Shown piece after piece: positions 48,503-62,184 of a stretch of 64,000 nt of DNA. A model generated the notes under the pieces. That model did not search any database. It was not told the DNA's origin and was given only the letters and a program-made list of their open reading frames with translations. The stretch comes from Mytilus edulis. Its lineage: Eukaryota. A program made the position numbers and the translations under genes. Numbering within the stretch: the stretch's first letter is position 1; each line of letters opens with the position of its first letter. The DNA is taken from positions 5,766,001 to 5,830,000 of the forward strand of contig NC_092357.1 of NCBI RefSeq assembly GCF_963676685.1, given 5' to 3'.

Positions 48503-48957
48503 TATAGGTTGCACTTTGTAAATAAAGCTGTTTCTCAAAACACGCCTCTTTTGGTGAGATCTTGAATATTCATAGAAAATTAATTTTGTTTACATACTGG
48601 TTCCCAGTTATGCTCTCTGTGTTCCATTTCACAGAGACATAACTTGGGAATGTTAACAGTAAATATACGTGTGCATATTATTTACATTGAAATGTGTGGT
48701 AACCTTTCATTCGAGGTAGGGGTAGTTAAGCATATTAGTGTTAGTTAAAACTCTGAGAAGTTCAGGGCATATAAACGTTGAAAATATGCCGCACAGCCCT
48801 ATATTTTAACCCTTGAAAAAAATTATGGTGCATATGAACTTTCAATTCTAGGATAAGATTTTTTTCAAAACTTCATAGAAAAGTGGTACAGTTTTAGCCG
48901 TAAAAGAAGTTCTTATGGGAAATTCCATTGTTAGTATTTACAGAAATGCAACCTATA
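48503..48957. mobile_element. ~455-bp TIR unit, copy 1 of a direct repeat pair
   Basis: TATAGGTTGCACTTTGTAAATA ... TATTTACAGAAATGCAACCTATA; near-identical to 50174..50625. Confidence 0.85.
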
Positions 48958-50173
48958 TAAGGTGACAAAGGGGAACATTCAGAATTAAACCAAATTTGCT
49001 TTATTTCACAGATTTTAAAGAAATTAACTCAAATATGAAGTTTTATAAATATTTAATGAAGATTGATAGAATCCTGGGCCTTAAATATGATGACTCAGCA
49101 TAAATTCACAGTTAACACTATGCATAGTTTACTAAAGTCCTGGATAAAAAAATAATTCATTATATTTGCATATTTGTAAGTTAAATTGTTAAGAAGTGCT
49201 TATATTTACTCTTTGCAGTCATTGAAACTCATAGATTCTTCCTTAATATTATTTATGGGGTGTGTGTGTCCTTTCGATAACCCAAAAGTAAGCCGCGACA
49301 CCCAAATCTGCTTTTTTATCACCACGGCATAACAAATACAAGCTAGGAAAACAAAAATATCTCAACAGAACTTACAATAGTGTGTTCTATCCTGAATATG
49401 TACTAAATATTCCAAATTGCTAGAAACAGCAGTATGATTAAGGAAATTTGAGGCCCCAGGGGCAACAAAACGGAGAAATTGCCTACCGCCTGGGTCATAA
49501 AACAAATAATTTAAGTTGTAAATGCTATGATTTTATGATTTTTAAGTTCTTGATATAGAAAACAATAACTCTGCTTGGAAGTTATGCAAAATTCAAATGT
49601 TAGCAGTCATCTCTTAAACATTTTAAGTGAATTTATAGCTCAGACTGGTATCTGCATACATACAACTATTGCAAATATGGCTTTGTTTGAACACTTCTAG
49701 TAAATATATTAGATAATTATGTCATATATATGGTTACAGATAATACTGTTGTGACAAGAATTCTAAATTGACCATTTGATACAGAAAATGTGTACTTTTA
49801 TAGACAAATAGGCATACAGTAAGATGTGGACTGGAGTCAGAGGCTGGATTAGATACTTTATATAATCTTGATTGACTGCTAAATATTACATTTATAGTAT
49901 TCTGATATGCTTTTAATATGTTATCAAAACAGTTTTTTACAGGTTCTAGGCATTTTTTATCAGAAAATATGCAAATAGGGTAAGCTGGCAATAATTTAAG
50001 TCTTGTTTTCAAATTCTTTAAAAATAATTGAAACAGGGGAGAGGATATAATATGTACAGTAAAGAAAAATTTAGAGTATAGGCAATGATTTCTTTAAGGC
50101 TATAATTCTGATAAATGAGTATTAATGTGAGAAAAACTTATTTTAGAGAGTTTTCTATTTGAATAAATGTTTG

Positions 50174-50625
50174 TATAGGTTGCACTTTGTAAATAAAGGT
50201 GTTTCTCAAAACACGCCTCTTTTGGGAAGATCTTGAATATTCATAGAAAATTAATTTTGTTTACATACTGGTTCCCAGCTATGCTCTCTGTGTTCCATTT
50301 CACAGAGACATAACTTGGGAATGTTACCAGTAAATATACATGTGCATATTGTTTACATTGTCATCTTTGGTAATCTTTCATTTGAGGTAGGGATAGTTAA
50401 GAAAATTAGTGTTAGTTTAAATTCTGAGAAGTTCAGGGCATATAAACGTTGAAAATATGCTGCACAGCCCTATATTTTGACCCTTGAAAACAATTGTGGT
50501 GCATATGAACTTTCAATTCTAGGATGAGATTTCAAAACTTCATAGTGAAAGTGGTACAGTTTTAGTCGTAAAAGGAGTTCCTATGGGAAATTGCATTGTC
50601 AGTATTTACAGAAATGCAACCTATA
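50174..50625. mobile_element. ~452-bp TIR unit, copy 2 of a direct repeat pair
   Basis: Same TIRs and interior as 48503..48957, same orientation. Confidence 0.85.
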
Positions 50626-53600
50626 ACGATGTTTTCTAATTTTTTACCTTATTTTTTTCCTCATTTGGTTGTGTTTTGGGGTGACATGGACTTTGGTATA
50701 TAAACACACTATAGTGCATCTCCTGTGTGGTTTCATTACCGAACTCCATTGAAAATCCAAAACGGAATGTCCCTTAACTAACAGCAAAATCAAAAGCTTA
50801 AACACTCTAAAAGAATAAACATTAAACAAATGGAAAGAGACAGAGCGTCATGTTCTTAGCTTTCCTCCACAGTACAAAATGTCCACTCAATTAAATACCA
50901 TGTCCTATTTTCAGGTCAATCTATCTAGAATTTATGAAAACTGTTGCAGTCACGATAAACCACAAAAAAAGATATTTTTCATTAACTACGCTTTTATTGT
51001 GCATTGACGTATGTAATCTGATACTGTAAAACAATTCATAATGCAATGCATTTTTATTTGTGCTACATTCAAATTGCATAACGACAGATACAACCATAAG
51101 TCATAATGACATGATAAGGTGTATAACATTGATATTTTATTTTATTATAAGAGCACTTCACTAATTCTATTTTCAATATTTACACTATAGGCAATGTGGA
51201 AAAAATATAAAAAGCAATTATTTAGATAAGAAACATATCTTGGCAGACTAAAAGTGGCTTCCGATCATATATCGAGAATCTGTTCGAGGTTAAATCTTTT
51301 GTGCAATCATTGAAAACAAGTGTAACGTTCTTTTCTTGGAATCAATACACATATTCGTCTGTATTCTTCTTTGAAATTGATGAGGGTCTGGTTGGGGGGG
51401 GGGGGGTCTTTGTTTCTGTATTCTCAATTGTGTATTATTGTCTTTCTTTATACGTTTTGCCTTTATCATATACTCGTAATATATAAGCACCTCATCATTT
51501 TCTATTCTTTAAGTGTTTGTTCAATTCAACTCTTTCTTTTATATTGTTTACCCATGATTCTCTTCTCTGTAAACCCCCATCCTCAACCCATGTTCAGTAT
51601 ACAGTGGTATATGTCAGATGTAAACTTCGTGAGAAGTTGCACTTTGTCGACATTTAACAGTGATAATAAACAGTCTATTTCGGTCATAAGATTTACCACA
51701 GTATTTGGTACACTCAATTATATTCAAAACACCAAAGCAAGCCTTTTGATTGGATAATTTTTGAGTTGAAATTCATTATCGTTCTCCACATTTTTGTATG
51801 ATGGTATGGCTTGAGTTTCGACTAGTTTATTGATTTTAACATGTGTTATATCCTACTTTTTAAAAATAAAAACATTCGAAAGAACTGTCAAAAGATATAT
51901 ATCTACTAAAACAAGAAACAAGATAATGGATTTTACAACAAAGCGAAAACTTAAAATTATCCAGATCATTGGAAAAAAAATAGAGAAATTATTTACCTGA
52001 TCCATGCAAAGAGCTTGTAATTAATTGGTTGTAGTTGGTTGTTGCCTGTTCCATTTGATTTATGTTATTTGTTTGGTCATAAATAAGGGTGTTGACCTTT
52101 TGGTTTGATTTTTTACATGTGCCTTGTCGGTATCCTGAACACTATCTATGCGACATTGTGTTTCCTCTTTGATTAAGACCGGGCAGTGAGATAGCTGCTT
52201 TAGATAGATCATAGGTATATATTTCTTGGGTAGAATTTTCTTATACTTTGCCAAAATGAAAAATACAATAAAAAGTATGGGATACCGTACTATTTTTCAA
52301 GCTATGAATCGTTGAAAATTGCCTTAATTTGATTGTTCACGAAAATACACATTTCTGTGCATAAAAAAATCTGTTAAATAAAATCTGGAAATAAAATGTG
52401 GGAAGATAGGTTTTATAATATGTTTTAAGAAAATAAAAAGACTAAATGGTGACACCGAACTTGTTTTTTTTTTTGCTTCAATTAAAAGTACTTTTTTCCA
52501 ATCAGTCCATTCTTTTCTTTTTTTTATTAGACGAATTATCTCCCATTTGATCATGTTGATGGTTTATTTGAAAAAGTTGATCCTAAAACACAATATTTAA
52601 TATTTGTTTAAATATTTTGAGTTACAATAAAACACCAAGTTTTCTTTATAAAAATTAACAGACTAACTAATAAATTGCAAATCTGTTTCCAAATTTGCAG
52701 ATTTGGGCAAATAACTAGACCGATTTTTTACTGGGATTATACAATCCAAGATGGCGGTATACCATGAATCTTCCTTAGAAACGATCAATTTTGGAAGGTT
52801 GTCTCATGAGCAATCATATAACATCTCCATACGTTATATTACATTTAGTCATTATGTTGCCCTGTATAGCTGACTACACTGCATAGGTTATGCTAACTAT
52901 TGAAGGATGTATTGCGACTTATAACTTCTTCGATCCACGTTATTTGAACTTTGATAGATAGTGCTCTTGTTATACCGGATCTATTACGTAATGTAATGTA
53001 TGTTTTACAACTATGCTGTGACCGTCTAATTAGTTTGATACGCTTTTAATTTTTCAGATTTCGATACCAATTGATATATGCGGTATTGTTTGGTATCCCA
53101 TATAATTTTCCGCAGCAACGGAAAACTTTGAATAGTCAAGACGGCTATGAAGCCATCAATCAGTCTAGTCACCAGACAGAACAAATTCCCCTCTCGAAGT
53201 GTCTGCTTATATATATACAATTATAGAAACAAATTTGATAACAGCTTTAACTAGATCTTTAATGCAAGCGAATTTGTTGTTATACATTCAATTAGTTCAC
53301 CTAGATTTGCTCAATCTTTGAAACATTTCATTGAACTTGACACACTTGCATTTGTTAGGTATTGTCGTTCAGGATTTAGAGCGTTATCATTATTTTCAGT
53401 ACTATTGGCATTCCACATTTGGAAGGGACAAATTGTGTGTCAAAAAAAATATCTAGAATCTTGCATCGCATCATATTTATATCGATTGTATACGAATGAA
53501 ATCCAAAAGTATTAAAAATACAGTTCTCACATATTAAACTGGCATACTGTGCAAGGAATGTGTACACAATGATTTCAATGACTTAAAATGTATCTAACGA

Positions 53601-54289
53601 GCAGTGTTGAAATAAACTAGTAATTGTGATACATGTAACACATCTCAATTATTGACACACCTACATTTGAACAATTTCAAGGTAAACCGCATAAATACGC
53701 GCTCGTGCCCAAATCACACTGTTTGGTGGTATAGGGCGAACGTCACCAATACAACAAACCATACAATTACCTGCGATTCAGTAAGATCAATATATAATTG
53801 AGATAGTTGTATAGTTTGATGAATCTGAAACTGAAATTTTTATTTACCGATTAATTAAAATCTTTAATTTTACAGCAACGTATCAAACTACCTAATAACC
53901 TGGAATTTTGTTAGATCTTCATTTAATTTAGTTAGATGGGCTGATTCAGACTAGTCAAGACTTACATTGAAGCTCAAGACTACAAGACAGATCGAAACAG
54001 GTCGAGACTGGTAGTGCCTTGGTCGAGACCATTTCAGACTACAGCAAGATCATCAAGTACTGAATCTGACTTATTTAGTAATGTCAAGACCAAAGTCGAT
54101 ATTTTACTAATCCAGCAAAAAATGTGATCTCTGCTTTAAATATGAGCAGGTTGTAGTGTAAGATATACAATATTCAGCAAATGACAAATAGATATAGAGT
54201 AACACACCCTATGATAAAACATGTTGTAAAAACTTGTCCATAAAAGAGTATGTGACTGTTGTAAATGGGCTGAGAACAAAATTTTATCA

Positions 54290-54810
54290 CAAAAGAGATG
54301 AATTCAACTTTCAAATGATGATATTTGTATGTTTCCATATAAAGCAACTCCTGCATACGGATTATATAGATCGCAGTTAATACGATATTCAAGTGCTTGA
54401 GTTACCTGTCATGTCTACCATAATACAGGGCTACATGGAAGATATTTAACCAAGCGTTTCAAGTACTGAAGTTTAAAGAGTCTCTGGCCTTTGTTAGTCT
54501 TGTATGATTTTTAATTTTAGTTTCTTGTGTATGATTCGGAGTTTAGTATGGCTTCCATTATCACTCGTATACATGTTTTTAATGGGCCAGCTGAAGGACG
54601 CCTACGGGTGCGAGTGTTTCTCACTACATTGAAGACCCATTGGTAGCCTTCGGCTGTTGTCTGCTCTATGGACAGGTTGTTGTCGCTTTGACATATTTCC
54701 CATTTCCTTTCTCAATTTTATTAAGTTTAAATCTTACTTTTGAAAATTCTACAAACGCCATCATGATTTGGTTAATCGTTATTAAATATCTGTTTCACAG
54801 ATGACGAATG
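54290..54810 (+). mobile_element. Old degenerate Penelope-like RT C-terminal fragment split by a family H insertion
   Basis: Remnants of KRDEFNF, PAYGLYRSQLIRYS and KFYKRHHDLVNRY lie on either side of the insertion. Confidence 0.6.
54478..54722 (+). mobile_element. Family H retroposon-like insertion with 9-bp TSD
   Basis: AAGTTTAAA at 54469..54477 and 54723..54731 flanks the repeat. Confidence 0.8.
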
Positions 54811-55055
54811 ATATTCCAAGATTCTTTGAGATTGAATTTGCTTCCGGTGTCTGTCGCATCTCTGTTTTTTGTTACTCTTGTAGAAAATTGGTGTATATTA
54901 GTGTTTTTGACCGAGATATGAACCTTGTAGAATTGATTTATAAATACAGTATGTATTTGATTGACCACGATTCATACGGACAGATTATGATTCATTTGTT
55001 GTAGTTTAAATTCCAGCAACACGGAGTGTTCTCTTTTGTATAATGCAAGATATAA

Positions 55056-55634
55056 AGGAGAAGGTCCGGTAAGACCCCTTTTTGGCCCCAAAATATAGCA
55101 GTTTTACCAAACTGTTAAAGTGTAAACTTTTAGTTATTTATTGGACAGTAGAATGCTTCTACTACATAAATATGGCCTGTTTTTGACAATACAATGCACA
55201 TATATCGAGTACTAGCACCACTAAGTCATTCTAAATTACTGAAATCTTCACAATTCTATCATTTTAGTTACATTTTAGACGGTTTTCGCTTAAAACGAAA
55301 GTGGCCGCATTCGTGTTCATCCTTAATATTGGAATGAGAGTTGTATTTTATGATAATACATAACATATATAAAGGTTTAGGATGAACACGGATGAGGCCA
55401 CTTACATTTTTGACAAAAACCATCTGAAAAGTGACATTTTTTAACAAATTTGGTAGATTTGTCATTTTGAGCTTGAATCGGATCGTTTTTCATGACTAAA
55501 TCAGTTAAAATCTGTCACAAAAATTAACTGAATCAAATGAAATAGACACTTAAGTGTTAAAAAAGAGGTCAAAATCTTTCGTCAGATGAACCTGAAAGTT
55601 GAGGCCAAAATCGGTCCTTACCGGATCTACTCCT
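55056..55634. mobile_element. Non-autonomous TIR DNA transposon (~580 bp)
   Basis: AGGAGAAGGTCCGGTAAGACCC / GGTCCTTACCGGATCTACTCCT; internal inverted motif gtggcc.cat.cgtgttcatcct. Confidence 0.75.
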
Positions 55635-56234
55635 TTGTTTCAAAACTCTGTTATTTTCTTCTTGTAAACAAAAGAACATTTTTATATATCATTTTTATAT
55701 CAAGTTTGTACTTCAGAATACATGTTATTATTACTTCAACTTAACCGGAAAGTTTAACACTCATCAAGAGACTGAGCTTGTGCATTGACACTTCAAATTC
55801 AGTCTATCCGATTGTTACCAAAACAAAACTGCCTTTAACTGGTCACATGTAGATGTTATGATACCATTGGACACCAGACAAAACAAGAAACGTTCATTGA
55901 TGTTCACTGATGTTATCTTCTTTTTTCGTTTCATAATTAATCATGACAGCTAATATTGATTTAACAATTAAAGGATAGTTCGCATGAAATAAATATTACC
56001 AAACATTGTATGTATAATGTCCAATGAATCTCGAATAGGAATGAATATGAAAGTGTTTGGCCATTAGGAAAACATTTTAACAACTTATAAAGGTAGCATC
56101 CCTTTTCAAATACGATAGTTTCATACTCAATTACATAACAGTTTGATATTATGATACATCAAAGTATGTATAAATAAGAATGATTTGAATCTTGTTAAAT
56201 CTCGCATATTATGAGACGTCAGATACTCACAATT

Positions 56235-56484
56235 ATTGATTTATTGTTGGTGTTTTAATGCCACTTCTAAGCACCTCTTTCAGGCTATTTCGTGGTGGTC
56301 AGTTTTATTGGAGGAGGTGCCAGGAGAAATCACCGACCTTCGATAAGAAAACTGACTATCCTAGTCAATTAAAAATGAAGAGTCGAGCGCACACGCACGA
56401 CTGGGGTTCGAACTAACAACGTCAGTGTTGACTGACTAGTGATTACAGTGGTACAACTACTTAAACAAATTGGCCACCGTGGCT
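56235..56484 (-). mobile_element. tRNA-derived SINE with a V-domain-like core
   Basis: Minus strand: A-box-like GGTGGCCAATTTG, B-box GTTCGAACCCC, core ggtcggtgatttctcctggcacctcctcc, tail agtggcattaaaacaccaacaataaatcaa. Confidence 0.7.
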
Positions 56485-57614
56485 TTGCAATTATATATAA
56501 CTTTATTAACGTCATGGAGTAAATATCCAGTTGAACGATGTGTTTGGTAGCATAACTTATCACTGTAAAAATCATTGGATACATATTTGACATATATCAA
56601 TGACAGGTGATTTTGGTATCATTTTAATATCAACCAAATCATTTTATTCATGCTCTTATTACAAGGACTCAACAACGTTTCCTTCTATATTTAATGTATT
56701 CAGCTTAATCCTACTTAATATTTTGAAAAACATGAGACGTTGTGTTATTATCAACATGAGTCCAGATTACATGGATACAAAATAAATATATGCATATGTG
56801 AATGCAGAAGTTATAAAATTGGTCATAACACAATTACACAACGCTAAAACGGACAATAAACAGAAAAAAAGCAATTTAACGTACATATTGAAGAATATAT
56901 ATATATTGAAGAATCTACCCATGTATGTGAATTGACCATGTGTTAAAGTCAAGTCACAACAGTAGTGCGTCAGTGAAATTTTAATTTTGCTGTTTTAAGG
57001 TATATCAGATACCAACAAAACATAAACATTCAATTATATTTGGTAATTGATATTTTATAGAAAATCATTGAATCTTTAACAACATTTACATCAATTTATG
57101 CCATGACCTTATGATATTTTTTCCGACTAATGAGTTTGAATGTCCCATTGGTATTTTTGCCTCTCTTTTACAAAATTGATATTATAATGTTTGTCAATTT
57201 TATCCGAGATGGGACTTAGCAAAGTGAATTAATGCTTTCAGTTACAATATATGCGAACTGTATTGCTAGTTTTAATGTTCAGTTAATTCTCGTTTTACTT
57301 TTTCAATCACCTTTATCGATCATGTGATTAGGGTTGGGTTTTTTCGTGTTACTATTTTTTAATTACTGAAACTGATCATATGAATAAATCAGTTATCTTG
57401 TGTGTTACTTTTTCTAATCACTGAAACAAAGCAAGCGAATTTGAAGGTAATTATGTTTGTTTATCTTCTTTTCAATCTATAAAAACTATCATATAATATG
57501 GGTGAATAGGGGCTTCAGCTTTTGATTTTGCCATTAATGACGGACTTTCAGTTTTGAATTTTCCCCGAAATTCAGTGTTTTTCTTGTTTTACTTTTTTCT
57601 TTCTATTTGATTTC

Positions 57615-58700
57615 CTTCAGTATAAACTATATACAAGTACTGGAATAAAGTACAATGCTTCATCATTCGTAAATAGTTAGTACTTTAGTCTGTTTGTCTG
57701 ATGTTTAACTTGATCTAATCCATATCCATCAATTTAAACTATATAAAAGTACAGATAAAGAGTATACTACATCATGTCCATGGTACAAAAGCACCTTGGC
57801 CTGTTTGTCTGACCTATTATACAAGTGAGAGGTTTTGTTAGCTATAAACCCAGTTTTAATCCAACATTTTCTACCAAGTCAGGAATATGACAGTGGTTAT
57901 CAATTCGTTTGATGTGTTTGAGCTTTTGGTGTTGCAATTTGATAACGGACTTTCCGTTTTGAATTTTTCTCTCAACAAGTGTTTTAATGATTTACTTATT
58001 TTTATTTAGTTCGGTTCCCTCAGTATAAACTTTACACACGTACTGTAATATAGTACAATGCTTCATCATGTATGAATGATTAATACTTTGGTCTGTTTGT
58101 CTTACGTATAACTTGATCTAATCCATATCGATAAATTTAAACTATATAAATAAAGGCAACAGTAGTATACCGCTGTTCAAACTCATAAATCCATGGACAA
58201 AAAACAAAATCGGGGTAACAAACTAAAACTGAGGGAAACGCATAAATATAAGAGGAGAACATCAACACAACACTACAATGTAACTAACACACACAGAAAC
58301 GGACCAAGCATCAGACAAAATCCTACGAGAATAACAAATATAACATCAAAACCAAATACATAAAGTACGGATATAGAGTATAATACATCATGTCCATGAA
58401 TAGTTAGTACGTATACTTTGGTCAGTTTTATAATTTCATCGCATTCGTATACATCAGCATAAACTGTATATAAGTACTAGTATAGAGTATAATGCATCCC
58501 TGTCCATGAATCATTAGTACGTTGGTCGCTTTGTCTGACATATAATGTGATCAAAGTCGTATCCATTAATACAAATTATACAAAAGTACTGGTATGTAGT
58601 ATAATACACCATCATCTATGAATAGTGAGTGCGTTGGTCGGTTTTGTCTGATTTATAATTTGACTTAATTCGTATCCATCAGTGTAAAACTTTCATAAAT
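57615..58700. repeat. Degenerate ~115-120 bp tandem repeat interrupted by S2 and S3 insertions
   Basis: Recurring aaactatat..aagtact...agta.aat.c..catc.tgtccatgaatagttagtac.ttggtc.gtttgtctga. Confidence 0.65.
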
Positions 58701-61700
58701 CTTCCTTGTTCTTGTTATAATGTGGCATAAAACATTAATATTGTAGAACATTGGATGGCAACACAATCTGACATAATGTACAAAATTCCAGACTTAGAAG
58801 TGCGCAATTATAACGCTTTTCCAGAGATATATAATAATGTGTCTCTGATTTTACACTTATACATAGAAATATATGTCACATTACGGAAAACATTATTCAT
58901 TTTATTAATAGAAACATTGTCATTTTAGAGCACTGTATCCATTATATTGTGTTTTAACGTTAGATTTAACTTAATTTGCAACAAAATATGTCTTATTGTA
59001 AGCTAAGCTAAATACATAATTTAGATATGATCGAGTATGCGTATTAAAAGTAATGCGAAAGATAACAAAGGGACATCAAACCTCTTAAGGATAAATTAAA
59101 CTGAAAAATCTAAAGAATGAAAAGCGATCTAAAAAAACTAAAGATTGAGCAACGCTAACCTCGCTAAAATTGAGGAGGATTCTATGTGCTCCAGAAGGGT
59201 AGGCAAATACAACTCCATATGTGACAACCGTAGAATACAATCTTTATTTTTTACGAAAGAACATGTTTTGATTATATGGTGTGCTAAGTAATCAAATTCG
59301 TTCGATAATTATGTTTTAAAATCATTTCAAATAGTTATGACCTACACATCAACGTGACAATGGCCAAACTGCATAGGTAAATAGAAGACATGGACGAATA
59401 AAGTATTATAATATTTGTATTGTAGTCCTAACATTGTAAGGTTGTGATGTTATGTTATATTTAACATTACCATAAAAGCGGAAGGTTTGGCATGCCACAA
59501 AACCAGGTTCAACCCACCATTTTTTTTATTAACATTTTCTGTTCCAAGTCAGGAAAATGACCATTGTTATATTATAGTTCGTTTCTGTGTGTGTTACATT
59601 TTGATGTTGTGTTTCTGTTGTTTTGTAGTTCTCCTCTCATATTTGATATGTTTCCCTCAGTTTTAGTTTGTAATCCGGATTTGTTTTTTTTCAATCGATT
59701 AATGAATTTCGAACAGCGGTATGCTGCTGTTGCCTTATATATTAATTTCTTATTTATTCGAAATACTGAGGATTTCACAATATGAATCAGTCAATATTCA
59801 TTTAATTTTATGAGTGTGGCATACATGTGAGAGGTTTAGTTAGCTATTAAACCAGGTTTTGAAAACTAAAAGAAATAATAATAAACCAGTTTAAAGCACT
59901 TTTTTCTTCATACGAAAATGCCGGTTCCAAGTCAGGAATATGGCAGTTTTTATCCATTGTGTGATGTGTTTTGCGCTTTTAATTTTTCAATTTGGTTATG
60001 GACTTTTCGTTTTTGAGTTTTTCTCGAAGTTCGTTATTTTTGTTTGCTTGTTTACTTCTTGTAGGTCAGTCTGAAGCTTTAGATGTTGAGTAAATATTCA
60101 GTTTCACAAAAAAAAATCAATGATCCTCTTACAGAAATTTTCATAAATTGCAAATTAGGTTGGATATCATTTTTCATTTATCAAACATTGCTGTATTAGA
60201 TGGTATCATATCTAACGATGTCAATCATTGATAGGAAATGTATTCATGGTAAACACTTAGCTTGGAAAAAACTTATCAATGGTACATGACTGAAAGCGAC
60301 TTAATATGATTTAGATTCTGTATTGAATATAAACAATATTACATCAGTGTTCTCCATTACAAATCATATGACAATTTACAAAACAAAATTGTAAAGTTAT
60401 ACGATTTTCTCTGCACAATAGCGATAGAACGAACACGTTAAGTTTATCAGTTACGATGTTTTCTTTATATGATATATATAACATCAGAATTTAAAAAGGA
60501 CCAGGTGTTCTGTTTCAGCATTTTTTAAATAATCAGTGAATGTAGAATGATACATTTTGGCTATTCTCCTTTATTCTTTTTTTTTTTTTTTTTTAACCAT
60601 AAGTCCTTATTTTTTTTAAGCCTCCCATGTTTCGCTATTCTTTAATGTATAGTCAAAGTACTGTATTCTGTTAATTTAAACCTTAACCATATGATGAGAT
60701 TTATTTAGCAAAAGAAAGGCACAAAAGAAAGGCACAAAAGGACCAATAATATTACATATATATTTTTAAGTTTATAATAGAAAAATCCTTACAAATCGTT
60801 TGTAGTAAAATGTACTTTTTTCTATAAAAATGTGTTAGAAATTAGCTGATTGTTTTTAAAATAAAAAGTTTTCTCGATAATTCAACATCGAAAATTTGCA
60901 TTTATAGGTAGATCACTGTAGTCAATAACTAGGACATAGTTGCACAAACATCAAGCAATTAAAATAATGTTTTGCAAAATCATAGCGTATTGTTTTGTAT
61001 TTTAATGGCTCGCTACAAGGATCTTGAATTGATAAAGTAAACTCTATTTTATTTCTAATTGATTCTAAAATTTTAATGAAAAATAACTTTATTTATTCAA
61101 AAATGCAAACCTGAAGTAGATTTCATAATTTGTTAAACTGTTGGCATTTAAGTCTCGATTAGTTTTTTAACTCAGAAATTCGAACTAGTAAAACACCAAC
61201 AGAAAATCGTACCTACATCAAGGGGTGTTCACTGCCCCCTTCACCCAATCCAACTCTGATTAGCATTAAACGTGTTAACCTTAGAGTACTTAGAATACGA
61301 TAAGTGTGGGCTAAGATTTTTTATTATGTTTGTTCCTCATTTCCAGGATATTGGTGATTGATGGAATCTAACATGTTTACTGTCTATTGAATTTATTCGT
61401 CCTGAACATGCATGAAATAGTTGCCACTGGACGTTAAGCAACCAACAACTAATCAATATATATAGAACATTGTCTTGGTATAAAGCTGGCATTCAAGGTA
61501 GCGCCTTCCTCATATTAGAGTAAAGGTGATTAGCGTGGTTTAACTAGAGTTTCTGCGAAATAAATTGTTATCATGATGGTATGAAGTTGGTTTGTATTCA
61601 AGTAGAAAATGCTATTGATTAACGTTTATTAATTAAAAAAAAAAGACCAACAAACAAACAAACACACACAAATAACTGTTGAAATTGTTATCCTTTTACC

Positions 61701-61730
61701 TATGATGATTTAAATAAAAAATTATAGTGT

Positions 61731-61910
61731 AAAAAGTAAAATCATAAAAAAACTAAACTCCGAGGAAAATTCAAAACGGAACGTCCCTAATCAAATGGCA
61801 AAATCAAAAGCTCAAACACATCAAACGAATGGATAACAACTGTCATAATCCTGACTTGATACAGGCATTTTCTTATGTAGAAAATGGTGGATTAAACCTG
61901 GTTTTATGCT
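61731..61910. repeat. Dispersed SINE-like repeat family S2
   Basis: aaaagtaaaatca...aactccgaggaaaattcaaaacggaa.gtccctaatcaaatggcaaaatc...tcctgacttg.tacaggcatttt...aaacctggtttta. Other copies at ~22460..22640, 39705..39915, 40229..40333, 42953..43058, 46915..47050, 57820..58003, 59825..60050. Confidence 0.85.
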
Positions 61911-62184
61911 TATCTAATACTCTTATCTTTACGTTTTGTTTGTATTTTTTACATTTATAAATGGAGGTAAAGGTTAAGAAATGAATAAGCATGAATGAAA
62001 AGTCACAGTTAACTTATCATTAACAGTTAAACACTTGTATGATATCCTTGCAAATAATGTGTTACTGTGATTTGCAAAATGTAATCCAAGTTAATGTACC
62101 CTACAATTTAAACTTTCGTCAAAATTTAAACAAGCTGAATAATTGAAAATATTAGATTAATGCATCATATAGTGGGGAGTTTTG

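Larger units (their letters stand above)
45770..53450. repeat. Segmental duplication, copy B
   Basis: See copy A; differs by copy-specific TE insertions and deletions. Confidence 0.85.

Noticed and set aside
53058-53226. Plus-strand terminal exon (FRYQLIYAVLFGIPYNFPQQ...)
   Set aside because: It has a good acceptor but is the exact antisense of an equally open minus-strand frame, and the paralogous copy has stops; the strand cannot be decided, so it is not called.
53940-54100. Cluster of caagac/cgagac hexamers
   Set aside because: Probably degenerate subterminal repeats of a DNA transposon; no TIR or TSD could be defined.
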